DNA of 54,172 bases from an uncultured Atribacterota bacterium (GCA_964438695.1 CAYTKP010000003.1:1-54172), one strand, 5' to 3'. Positions 1 through 9,405 are shown, counted from the stretch's first letter. Notes: generated by a model not told the origin, from the sequence alone. Numbers and translations are program-made.

Positions 1-216
1 TATTTTCAGTTGCAATATTTCCCTTAAAAGTTCTGAACGTGTCCAATAGGGGGAGTCAGATTTGATTCTTTAATGAATTAAATCTGCAGCCAGAAGATAA
101 CCTGCTCTTTGACAACCAAACTGAGGGTTATTTGGATTTTTAGAAAAGAAGGATCTTTAAAAGATTTATCGTATAAATAAATATAGGTTAGTTAAGAGAA
201 GTAAGAGAGGATTATT

Positions 217-849
217 ATGATAAATATATTTAAACAAGAATTTCATGAGATAAATTCTTTATTTAAAAATAATTATAGAGAAGTAGTTGTTCTTTGTACA
301 GCTACACTCTTTTTTGTTCTGGTAATTTGTCGACCGATAAATTCATCTTTGGTGATAAACTACCTGATATACTATGTAATTCTTCCGTTTTTCACTATTT
401 TACTTATCTTGAAGAAGAATCCTCTTGATTTTGGACTTCGAATAGGAAATTATAGGTTATGGGGTTTTTATGTAGCCATAACGGTTATTATTGCTATTCC
501 AGTATTGTATTTTGGCTCTCTTTTTTCTTCAGTAAGCCACTATTATACTGATCGTTTTAATTTTTATGCTTTTTTCACCCAAATGGTTCCCCTTCTATTT
601 TTTTGGGAATTTATGCTTCGAGGTTTTCTTCTATTCGGGCTGAAGGAAAGATTTAAAGAATCAAGCATCCTTATACAGATGGTTCCCTTTGTGCTTCTCC
701 ATATCGGAAAACCGGAAATAGAGATATTGATGTGTATCCCCATGGGATTGTGGTTCGGATATATTGCCTACCGGGGAAAATCATTCTGGCCTGCCTTCAT
801 TAGTCATACTTTCATCAATTTTACTCTAAAATATTTCGTGAATTTTTAG
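217..849 (+). CDS. CPBP-family (CAAX/Abi) intramembrane glutamic protease
   Basis: Polytopic hydrophobic 210-aa ORF carrying the three family motifs: WEFMLRG (ExxxR), FVLLH (FxxxH) and HTFIN (HxxxN). Confidence 0.7.
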   Translation: MINIFKQEFHEINSLFKNNYREVVVLCTATLFFVLVICRPINSSLVINYLIYYVILPFFTILLILKKNPLDFGLRIGNYRLWGFYVAITVIIAIPVLYFGSLFSSVSHYYTDRFNFYAFFTQMVPLLFFWEFMLRGFLLFGLKERFKESSILIQMVPFVLLHIGKPEIEILMCIPMGLWFGYIAYRGKSFWPAFISHTFINFTLKYFVNF

Positions 850-929
850 CAGGTAATTCTGAACACTTAATAAGGATGGTGCTTTTAGATTATAAAAATA
901 AAAAGAATAATTCATAGGAGAGTTAGAAA

Positions 930-1460
930 ATGGAGAAAACATTGGTTTTAATAAAACCCGATGCATTTAAAAGAGGCCTGGTTGGAGAAATAATTTCCAG
1001 GTTGGAAAGAACAGGACTGAGATTGGAGGAAATAAAAATAGTAAATGCTACTATTAAAATTTTAGAAAACCATTATCCTGATGACAAAGATTGGATTAGA
1101 TCTGTCGGTAAAAAGACTGTAGATACTTATAAAAAATATAATTTAAATATTGCAAAGGACTTGGGCACTAAGGATGCTCTGAAAATTGGGAAATTAGTGA
1201 GAAAATGGTTGATTCGACATCTAACTTCTGGGCCTATAGTTGTTATTATATTAAGTGGAAACCATGCTGTTGAAATTGTACGAAAATTAGTAGGGAATAC
1301 CGTCCCTCTTTTTGCTGAACCGGGAACTATAAGAGGTGATTTTTCTGTAGATTCACCTGATATATCTACTAGAGAAGGACGAGCGTTACAAAATTTAATT
1401 CATGCTTCAGAAACTGTTGAAGAGGCAAAGAGAGAAATTTCTGTTTGGTTTGGAATTTGA
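930..1460 (+). CDS. ndk: nucleoside-diphosphate kinase (long form with an internal insertion)
   Basis: N-terminal TLVLIKPDAF, PGTIRGDF and the active-site region NLIHASE (NxxH[GA]S[DE]). About 30 extra residues follow ENHYP compared with ~145-aa NDKs. GGAG RBS upstream. Confidence 0.85.
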   Translation: MEKTLVLIKPDAFKRGLVGEIISRLERTGLRLEEIKIVNATIKILENHYPDDKDWIRSVGKKTVDTYKKYNLNIAKDLGTKDALKIGKLVRKWLIRHLTSGPIVVIILSGNHAVEIVRKLVGNTVPLFAEPGTIRGDFSVDSPDISTREGRALQNLIHASETVEEAKREISVWFGI

Positions 1461-1623
1461 GAATTTATGATAAAAAATATAAATTATAGTTAGGGTAAAT
1501 TTTGGTGGGCAAGTTGATATAGACAATATATAGAAAATATGCTAACATTACTTCAATAAGAAAAGAGATGCCTGATTTTGATAGTATTTTTGGTAATTAA
1601 TAATTTATATTGAGGAGGAAGAA

Positions 1624-1845
1624 ATGCAAAAAAGAGTAGAAGCTGCTTTGGAGAAAATAAGACCGTCTCTGCAGGCAGATGGTGGAGATGTTGAATTATT
1701 AGAAGTTACTTCTGATGGGATAGTGAAAGTGAAACTTACCGGTGCCTGTGCAGGTTGTCCAATGAGACAGATGACTTTACAGATGGGGATTGGTAGGGCA
1801 TTAAAGAAAGAAGTTCCTGAAATAAAGGATGTTGTAGCAGTATAA
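1624..1845 (+). CDS. NifU C-terminal-domain (Nfu-type) Fe-S cluster carrier
   Basis: 73 aa with IRPSLQADGGDVELLEV and the CxxC motif GACAGCPM, typical of Nfu/NifU-C. Strong GAGGAGG RBS. Confidence 0.8.
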   Translation: MQKRVEAALEKIRPSLQADGGDVELLEVTSDGIVKVKLTGACAGCPMRQMTLQMGIGRALKKEVPEIKDVVAV

Positions 1846-1877
1846 CCGCCATTCAATACATAAATATTATAATACAA

Positions 1878-1925
1878 AAAGGGCACAATATAACCGAGCA
1901 GTATAGTGCCCTTTAGTATTTTTAA
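1878..1925 (+). terminator. intrinsic terminator after nfu
   Basis: 9-bp stem AAAGGGCAC/GTGCCCTTT (1878-1886 / 1906-1914), followed by a T-rich tract. Confidence 0.55.
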
Positions 1926-1954
1926 GAAGAGTATTGGGTTATTTATCGACTAAA

Positions 1955-1984
1955 TTGAAAAATTTAATGATTTTCAGTTATAAT
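1955..1984 (+). promoter_or_regulatory. sigma70-like promoter for the giant ORF
   Basis: TTGAAA (1955-1960), 18-bp spacer, TATAAT (1979-1984). Such matches occur by chance in AT-rich DNA. Confidence 0.4.
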
Positions 1985-2030
1985 AATAAAAAGGAAGAAA
2001 TTTTATATACAAAAGATAGAGGTTCTTTTA

Positions 2031-5000
2031 ATGTTTAAAGCCACAAGTAGAGCATTATCAGAAGAGATATCAAGAAAGATTATGAATCCTGAAATATTGG
2101 ATATTGCTTCTCAGCAGAAAAATTTTGTCAAAAAATATATTGAAAGTCCTGAGTTTTCGAATAAATTATTATCTATAATAGAAAATAAAGATTATAGCTG
2201 CCAGGCAGTTTATGCTTTATGTCAGGACATACTTAATACAATAGACAAGAAACATAATTCCCATAATTGGCTTTATAAAGTATATCAATTTGCCTTATCT
2301 CAATCTTTTCCCGAGGCAGTGGAACTTTCTTTTGAAGATATCTCCGATAATTGTCGGAAGACTTTCTTATTATATTTAGAAGTTTTAAGAGTGATATCAG
2401 AGTACCAAAAGTCTTCTGATGATTCTACTTTTCAAAGTAAATATCCCCTAAATTTTCTGACTGCTGAAGAAAAATCTAAATTAGAAAAACCCGCTGAATA
2501 TAAAAGGTTTATAAAGGCATTTAAGGATGAATATATTTATGAGATGATGAAACTAAGTCAGGAAGTATTAAATTATAATACCCTTGACCATATATGTGGG
2601 GTTAACTGGATTGCTTTATTTATTGGTCGCCAATTATATAGTAGGGGTCTTCCAGTTGATTTAGCGAGAGTTTCAGGGGCAGCAGTGGGACACGATATAG
2701 GGAAATATGGGTGTAAAAGTATCGAAAGAGAGAGAACTCCTTATTTGCATTATTATTATACTGATATGTGGTTTAAAAAGCATAATATTCCTTACATCGG
2801 ACATATTGCGGTCAATCATTCCGTCTGGGATTTAGAATTAGAAAATCTACCTCTGGAATCTCTTATTTTAATCTATTCTGATTTTCGGGTAAAAAACGAA
2901 AATAATAATTCCAATATAAAGAAGATGAAGATTTTTACGCTTAAAGATTCTTTTCAAGTAATTTTGAGTAAATTAGATAATGTTGATGAAAAGAAGAGAA
3001 GAAGATATTACCGGGTATATGCAAAATTAAAGGATTTCGAAGATTATATGGTAAATTTGGGAATAAATGTTGATTTAGATCATAAAGAAATGCAGTTACC
3101 GCCAAAAAGTAGAAAATTATATTATTCACTTATGCATAGCCAGGAAGTTATACAAAATATAAAATATCTTGCAATAGAGCATAATATAAACTTAATGTAT
3201 GAACTTCGAGACGAATCTTCTCTAAATTCGCTGTTAGAATTAGCTCGAAGTGAAAAAGACTGGAACAACCTACGGGAATATTTACAAATATTTAATGAGT
3301 ATTCCACTTACTTAACTCAAAGACAGAAAATGATTACCTTGCGATTTTTATATGAACAATTGACTCATCCTGAAGATGAAATAAGGAGGAGAAGTGCAAA
3401 ACTCATCGGTCGATTAATTGCTACTTTTGACGAAGATTATCGCAAGGAAATTCCCTCGGATGTTAATATTGAACCTCCGGCTATTACCAGTTATGATTTA
3501 TTAAATAGATACTTAAAGTATTTTTTACAGCCAGACTACAAAAAAATCCCCCTCCACCAAAATCGAATCATAAATAGTACTGATATTATGATTTCTTCTC
3601 TTTTTGCAAATAGTCGAGATAATCAGGTAAGTCATTATAGAGAAATTATATTAAGACATTATAAAAGGGATTTATATGATAATGAAGTTGTTCAATTATG
3701 TTTAATAAAAGCTGCCAAATATATCCCTATATCTTCTGATGATAAAAAATCTTCACCGAGGCTATTTAATTATGTTTTAGAAATGCTGAAAAAGAAAAAT
3801 ACTAATTTGAGACTTTTAGCCCTGGAGACAACCCTGTATATGATATCTCAGCTTAATGGAAAATCAAAATTCTTGATTCCTTTGCGGCAGATCTTTACTA
3901 ATAATATTTCAAATTCGACAATTCCAGCGGAAAATTTTTTAAGAATGAAAATAGTCGAATCAATAGAATTAGATAACAAAATTATAGAAAAACATAGAGA
4001 ATTTCATCATAAAGATCTGGAAAAAATACAGTACATATTCTTGAGTAATCTCAAAACTTCGACGAGCTGGATAATCAAAAAAATACAGATACAACTATTG
4101 TTAGAATATACATTAAAGGCTAAGCAAGAAGAAATATACACAGCTTTACATTTTTGTAATATCTTAAAAGTGAGCGGCGTAGAAAGTATTAGAAACTTAG
4201 CCGGACAGACCTTGATAAATTTGATGCCTAGTCTATCGTTTGAACAACGAAATGATATTGCCATTGAGCTATTGCGAGCTTTGGAGATGGAAGATTATCA
4301 ATTTACTAAATATATCCCTTATTATTTAGGTCAGTTAATAAATTTTCTCCCTCCTAATGAGTTAGAAGAACTTATTGATGATTTAATAGAAAAGATAAAA
4401 CAATCAGATCCCAAATTAAGTTCTTTATTACTTAGAACTATCGGGATAACTATTGCTAATTATCCAAAATACAAAGAAAGATTTCAAGAAAGCAGAAAAT
4501 CATACGAAAATAAACTTAACAAAATGATTGGTATTCTTTTGAATGGTTTTGTGCATTACAGTTTTCAGGTTAAACAAGTAGCTTTTAGAGTTATTGGGAA
4601 GGAAATATTTGGTTCAAAACACCTTAGTTTAGAGGATAAAAACCATATATTTCAGCTCATTGCTAAAAAAATTCTAACCTTGCTTACTCCAATTAGTAAA
4701 GAGGGATTAATGTTTTTAAGTACCTGTAATGGACTTAACTATACATATAAATTTATCTCAGATTATAATTTCTTCAAAGGTAGAATAAACCTTAAGGCTC
4801 CATTGAAGATAGCTTTTTTCCCGGGTTCATTTGACCCTTTTTCTTTAAGCCACAAAGAAATAGTTAAGAAGATAGAGGCGCTTGGTTTTGAAGTATATTT
4901 AGCAGTTGATGAATTTTCCTGGTCTAAAAGAACTCAACCCCATCTTTTCAGGAAGAATATAATAAATATTTCTATTGCTGATGAACTTAAGGTATATTTA

Positions 5001-6959
5001 TATCCTGAGGATTTACCTGTTAATATTGCCAACCCGAATGATTTACGAGCTTTAAGAAGTAATTTTCCGTCTTCTGAGCTTTATATGGTAGTGGGGAGTG
5101 ATGTAATATTAAGTGCCTCTGCTTACCAAAAGGAAAAGACAGAAAATTCTATACACACCTTTCCTCATATTATATTTGATAGAGGAACTTCAAATATTAG
5201 CAACGAGAGAGAAAAAAATATTGAAGAAGCTATTAAAAATATTGAAAAAGAGATTATTATCCTTAATCTAACTCCCCAATATGAAGAGATAAGTTCAAGT
5301 CAAATAAGAGACAATATTGATGAAAATCGGGATATTTCTAAATTTATCGATCCTTTAGCCCAAAAATATATTTATGAGAATAATTTATATCAAAGAGAAC
5401 CACAATATAAGAGTATAATGCAGACGATTTCTATTGATGTGCAGGTAATTGAAGATATTACCTCACATTTAATAGAAGAGCTTTACTCTAAAATATTTTT
5501 TCAACATAATCGGGAATATATATTTAAAAAGTTTAATGAATTTTCTCATAAATTAAATCCCAGGTTTTTGCTTTTACGTGATCTTGAGCATAATGGGATG
5601 TTGTTGGGGTTTTCAGCTTTTCATTGGGTTCGCTCAAGTATTCTCTTCCAGGAGTTTAACAACAATATAATTTCTGAGTATATTAGAGAAAATGCAATTG
5701 GTCGCATAATAGTTATTGATGGAATTTTTACTATAAATGAGGCCGGAAATAAATCAGAATTTGAAAATCTTGAACAGATTATTCTTACCGAGACTATTTC
5801 TTATTGCATCCAAAAAGATTATAATTACACAATTTTTAGGAATATTTTGGATAATTATAGTTTAAATTCTCTGTATGAGAGTTTAGAATTGATGGGATTT
5901 TATCGCTTACCATTTAGTGAGGAAGATAATCCAGTATTTGTAGTAGATATGAGTAAACCCTGCATAATTAATCTGGAAACAGAGAGTGTGATAAAAGAAC
6001 CCTTTAACCAAAATTTAAATATTAAAAAATCAATTATTAAATCCCGAAGGAGATTATTGAAATCATTAACTTCCTTTTATTCTGGGAATATTGTGTTACC
6101 ATTTAACATAAATTTAATCAATCAGACCATTGTTAAGAAGATATGCAAATTAAATAATGTTCCAACAATACCTTTGACTCCTCGAGTTCTGGGAGAGTCA
6201 ATATGTGTGCCCTTTGGAAAGATACTGCATAAAATGGTGGTTCCAAATACGGTAACCAAATCTCTGCATACTGAAAAAATATTTTCTTCTGATATGAAAA
6301 GTTTTAAAATCGACGCTTTCCCTAATTATATGAATTTGGAAAACCAGGTAAAAGTTGTTAGTTCGTTTAATATGCCGGTGATTCTAATTGATGATTATCT
6401 ACATAAGGGTTATAGAATAAAGACCTTGGAACCTCTTTTCCAAAAGTATGATGTTAAAATCAAAAAGATAATTTTGGGGGCATTGTCTGGAAGCGGAAAA
6501 GAAATTGCTTCCCTCCTAAACAGAGATGTTGACTCTGCTTATTTTATCCCTAATCTCAGAATATGGTTTAACGAAAGTGAATTATATCCTTTTATTGGAG
6601 GAGATGCAATAAAGCGAAAAAGTAGATCTCAAGGGAATTTAGTTCGATCTATTAATTTAATCTTACCCTATACCTTTCCTTCATTTATAAAAAATGTTCC
6701 TGGGAAAATTATTTATAACTTTTCTAAGGTTTGCATGGAAGGCGCCTTGACTATTTTAGAAACCCTTGAAGATGAGTACCAATCAATTCAACAAAGAAAG
6801 TTAACTCTTAGTCGTTTAGGGGAAGTAATTATTTACCCTCGCTATCCTGATCAGGGAGAAAATATGGAATATAATTTAAGTCTTAGTCCCTCTCATTATT
6901 TGAAGAATGACCTTGAGCTTTTAGAACGGATGGGAGAAATGGTGGATAGGGAAATATAA
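2031..6959 (+). CDS. 1,642-aa multidomain protein: HD phosphohydrolase + HEAT/ARM-like repeats + NadD/NMNAT-like nucleotidyltransferase + possible GNAT-like region + PurF-like phosphoribosyltransferase domain
   Basis: Uninterrupted 4.9-kb ORF in AT-rich DNA. HD core at aa ~185-290 (LDHICG, VGHDIGKYG, IAVNHS, IYSDFRV). Helical repeats at aa ~300-900. Nucleotidyltransferase at aa ~925-1120 (FFPGSFDPFSLSH as the HxGH variant; EISSSQIR as the ISSTxxR-like motif). PRPP-loop-like VILIDDYLHKGYRI at aa ~1450-1463. Confidence 0.6.
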   Translation: MFKATSRALSEEISRKIMNPEILDIASQQKNFVKKYIESPEFSNKLLSIIENKDYSCQAVYALCQDILNTIDKKHNSHNWLYKVYQFALSQSFPEAVELSFEDISDNCRKTFLLYLEVLRVISEYQKSSDDSTFQSKYPLNFLTAEEKSKLEKPAEYKRFIKAFKDEYIYEMMKLSQEVLNYNTLDHICGVNWIALFIGRQLYSRGLPVDLARVSGAAVGHDIGKYGCKSIERERTPYLHYYYTDMWFKKHNIPYIGHIAVNHSVWDLELENLPLESLILIYSDFRVKNENNNSNIKKMKIFTLKDSFQVILSKLDNVDEKKRRRYYRVYAKLKDFEDYMVNLGINVDLDHKEMQLPPKSRKLYYSLMHSQEVIQNIKYLAIEHNINLMYELRDESSLNSLLELARSEKDWNNLREYLQIFNEYSTYLTQRQKMITLRFLYEQLTHPEDEIRRRSAKLIGRLIATFDEDYRKEIPSDVNIEPPAITSYDLLNRYLKYFLQPDYKKIPLHQNRIINSTDIMISSLFANSRDNQVSHYREIILRHYKRDLYDNEVVQLCLIKAAKYIPISSDDKKSSPRLFNYVLEMLKKKNTNLRLLALETTLYMISQLNGKSKFLIPLRQIFTNNISNSTIPAENFLRMKIVESIELDNKIIEKHREFHHKDLEKIQYIFLSNLKTSTSWIIKKIQIQLLLEYTLKAKQEEIYTALHFCNILKVSGVESIRNLAGQTLINLMPSLSFEQRNDIAIELLRALEMEDYQFTKYIPYYLGQLINFLPPNELEELIDDLIEKIKQSDPKLSSLLLRTIGITIANYPKYKERFQESRKSYENKLNKMIGILLNGFVHYSFQVKQVAFRVIGKEIFGSKHLSLEDKNHIFQLIAKKILTLLTPISKEGLMFLSTCNGLNYTYKFISDYNFFKGRINLKAPLKIAFFPGSFDPFSLSHKEIVKKIEALGFEVYLAVDEFSWSKRTQPHLFRKNIINISIADELKVYLYPEDLPVNIANPNDLRALRSNFPSSELYMVVGSDVILSASAYQKEKTENSIHTFPHIIFDRGTSNISNEREKNIEEAIKNIEKEIIILNLTPQYEEISSSQIRDNIDENRDISKFIDPLAQKYIYENNLYQREPQYKSIMQTISIDVQVIEDITSHLIEELYSKIFFQHNREYIFKKFNEFSHKLNPRFLLLRDLEHNGMLLGFSAFHWVRSSILFQEFNNNIISEYIRENAIGRIIVIDGIFTINEAGNKSEFENLEQIILTETISYCIQKDYNYTIFRNILDNYSLNSLYESLELMGFYRLPFSEEDNPVFVVDMSKPCIINLETESVIKEPFNQNLNIKKSIIKSRRRLLKSLTSFYSGNIVLPFNINLINQTIVKKICKLNNVPTIPLTPRVLGESICVPFGKILHKMVVPNTVTKSLHTEKIFSSDMKSFKIDAFPNYMNLENQVKVVSSFNMPVILIDDYLHKGYRIKTLEPLFQKYDVKIKKIILGALSGSGKEIASLLNRDVDSAYFIPNLRIWFNESELYPFIGGDAIKRKSRSQGNLVRSINLILPYTFPSFIKNVPGKIIYNFSKVCMEGALTILETLEDEYQSIQQRKLTLSRLGEVIIYPRYPDQGENMEYNLSLSPSHYLKNDLELLERMGEMVDREI

Positions 6960-6967
6960 AAAAATTG

Positions 6968-6994
6968 TATCTCATATCTCATAAATCGTATCTC
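6968..6994 (+). repeat. three direct TATCTC hexamers (start-to-start 7 and 14 nt)
   Basis: TATCTC at 6968, 6975 and 6989. The segment shares the 11-mer ATATCTCATAA and the 8-mer CGTATCTC with the reverse complement of 45991-46025. Confidence 0.3.
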
Positions 6995-7055
6995 CTTTTT
7001 TCGTGGAAATAACAGAGAACGTTTCAGAGATAGGGTGAAGGGGGGAAAATTAAAT

Positions 7056-8300
7056 ATGTTTTACTATAAAGTAAAAGATAAGATACTAATTTCCCAATCT
7101 AAATACAATGGATTAAAAAGAATATCGGAAAGTGAAGCAAAAGACAGTAAAGGTATAATCTATGCTCTTACTCAGATAAATCCTTTAAAGTCCAGAAGAA
7201 GTTTTAGCGTTACCGATTCATCTCTAATCTTTTTAAAAGAAGAGGGAATACACTTACTGCAAAAGTCTAAGAAGATTGATTATGATTTAGCAATATGGAT
7301 TAAAGAAAGAATTAAAGAAAAAAGAGTAAGTTCACTTAATACCGAATATCCTGATTGGCAAGATGTGATAACACATCAATTTCCTGGTTGTTGGAAGATT
7401 AATATTGTAGGACTGGGAGATGTGGGAGGAACTCTTCTTACTGGATTAAGATTATTGGGTGGGAAATATATCAAGAGTATTGGGATATATGATAAAAATG
7501 TTAAACTTGTAAAAAGATGGGAATTAGAAGCAAATCAGATATTTTATTCTTCTGGGTCTCAGATATATCCTGAAGTATATGCTTTAAAGGAAAAAGAAGT
7601 TTTTGATTGTGACTTATTTATCTTTTGCGCTACAGTAGGTGTTCCACCCGTGGGAGGAGACCAAAAAGATGTAAGAATGACTCAATTTGAAGGAAACTCT
7701 AAAATAATTTCTGATTATGCCCAGAAAGCTCGGGAAAAATCATTTAAGGGAATATTTGCAGTGATTTCGGACCCGGTTGATTTATTGTGTAAATATGCTT
7801 TTTTAGTTAGTAATAAAGATAAAAATGAAAAATTTGATTTTAAAGGATTAGCAGCAGAACAGATAAGGGGATATGGTTTAGGGGTTATGCATGCCCGAGC
7901 AGTATATTATTCTAAGCAAAATCCCAAGACTGCTAATTATTATCAAGAAGGTAGAGCATTTGGCCCTCATGGCAAAGGTTTAGTAATTGCCAATAATATA
8001 AAAAAGTACGATGAAAGACTTTCCGAGAGGCTTACCAATCAGACCTTAAAGGCAAATTTAGAAATAAGAAAGGTCGGCTTTAAACCTTATATTGCCCCCG
8101 CCTTGTCTTCAGCCTGTTTCCCAATTATCGCTACTATCAGAGGGAAGTGGCATTATAGTGCAACTTTTATGGGAGGAGTGTATATGGGTGCGAGAAATAG
8201 ATTACATAATTCTGGGATTGAAGTTGAAAGATTGGATATCCCCATTTTATTATTTGAAAAAATAAAGAAGAGTTATGAAGAATTAGGTAATATTTTGTGA
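7056..8300 (+). CDS. divergent lactate/malate dehydrogenase-superfamily protein with a ~110-aa N-terminal extension
   Basis: Rossmann KINIVGLGDVGGT, IYD acidic residue, FCATVGVPP, ISDPVDLLCKYA (cf. VSNPVD) and FGPHGKG (cf. GEHGDS). ATG 7056 follows a GAAGGGGGG RBS; the ORF track starts at GTG 7035. Confidence 0.6.
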   Translation: MFYYKVKDKILISQSKYNGLKRISESEAKDSKGIIYALTQINPLKSRRSFSVTDSSLIFLKEEGIHLLQKSKKIDYDLAIWIKERIKEKRVSSLNTEYPDWQDVITHQFPGCWKINIVGLGDVGGTLLTGLRLLGGKYIKSIGIYDKNVKLVKRWELEANQIFYSSGSQIYPEVYALKEKEVFDCDLFIFCATVGVPPVGGDQKDVRMTQFEGNSKIISDYAQKAREKSFKGIFAVISDPVDLLCKYAFLVSNKDKNEKFDFKGLAAEQIRGYGLGVMHARAVYYSKQNPKTANYYQEGRAFGPHGKGLVIANNIKKYDERLSERLTNQTLKANLEIRKVGFKPYIAPALSSACFPIIATIRGKWHYSATFMGGVYMGARNRLHNSGIEVERLDIPILLFEKIKKSYEELGNIL

Positions 8301-8341
8301 AAAATATAAAAATATAAATGATATATAGAGGAAATCAATTT

Positions 8342-9391
8342 ATGGAAAGTATTTATTTGCTAATTCCCGGAAAGATATCAAATAGTTTTTCTGATATTAT
8401 AAAAAAAGCTACAGCAGGCTATAATCAGATAATTATTAAAACATTTGAAGATATTACGGACCTAAAAAATAAGAAGATAGTTTTTGCTATAGAATTAGAT
8501 GAATGTGGATTTAATATTTCACTATTCGAGATACTTTTAAAATTACGAAAAAAAGGAAATGATTCTCTTCTTGGTTCAAGTGCAGTAATTATAATTCAAA
8601 GCCCCAGTGAATTATTTACAAAAAATATTGCTCAAAGAATAATTTTTTTAGCCAGCCTGATGGGTTGTAGGTTCCCAGGTCATCCAGTTGTAGAGGCAAC
8701 CAATAATCTCCACAATTTTATTACCTGGCAAAAAATCTACAATTTGTCCCTTAAGGAAATTTATCAAAAACAAGCAAAAGAACTAGTAGATAAATTAATG
8801 GATGAAAAGCCTATCTTGATTAAAAATCCTAAAATGTTAGTCCTTCACTCCAGCTCATTTAAAACTTCTAATACTCTGATGCTCTGGCAGATGGTTAAGG
8901 AAAATTTGAAAATAAAAAACTTAAGGGAATTACATGTGGAAAACGGCACTGTAGTAGACTGTAGAGGATGTTCTTATAAAACCTGTGTCCATTATAGTCA
9001 AGAAAAAAGTTGTTTTTATGGAGGAATAATGGTAAAAGAAATTCTTCCGGCAATTGAGGATGCAGATTGCACAATCTGGCTATGCCCTAATTATAACGAT
9101 GCTATATCTGCAAAACTTATGGCAGTAATAAATAGGCTGACGGTACTCTACAAGAGAGTGAGATTCTGGGACAAAAGTCTGTTTTCCATCATTGTTTCCG
9201 GAAATTCTGGTAGTGATTGTGTAGCTGAGCAATTATTAGGGGCTTTAAATATTAATAAGGGATTTAGATTACCTCCTTATTTTGTCTTAATGGCTACTGC
9301 TAATGACCCAGGTGCAATCAGGAAAATTAAGGGGATAGAGAAAAAAGCGGTAAAATTTGCCCGGAATATAATGAAAGAATTTAAAAATTAG
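8342..9391 (+). CDS. two-domain flavodoxin-fold protein; the C-terminal half resembles NADPH-dependent FMN reductase / iron-sulfur flavoprotein
   Basis: C-terminal domain MLVLHSSSFKTSNT...CRGCSYKTCVHYSQEKSC...DADCTIWLCPNYNDAISAKLMAVINR matches the flavodoxin-like FMN reductase pattern with a Cys cluster. ATG 8342 is preceded by AGAGGA; the ORF track starts at 8318. Confidence 0.5.
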   Translation: MESIYLLIPGKISNSFSDIIKKATAGYNQIIIKTFEDITDLKNKKIVFAIELDECGFNISLFEILLKLRKKGNDSLLGSSAVIIIQSPSELFTKNIAQRIIFLASLMGCRFPGHPVVEATNNLHNFITWQKIYNLSLKEIYQKQAKELVDKLMDEKPILIKNPKMLVLHSSSFKTSNTLMLWQMVKENLKIKNLRELHVENGTVVDCRGCSYKTCVHYSQEKSCFYGGIMVKEILPAIEDADCTIWLCPNYNDAISAKLMAVINRLTVLYKRVRFWDKSLFSIIVSGNSGSDCVAEQLLGALNINKGFRLPPYFVLMATANDPGAIRKIKGIEKKAVKFARNIMKEFKN

Positions 9392-9405
9392 AAGAGAATA
9401 AATCT

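Noticed and set aside
1605-1886. 93-aa minus-strand ORF antisense to nfu
   Set aside because: The plus-strand Nfu ORF has clear family motifs and an RBS. The antisense frame has no recognisable features.
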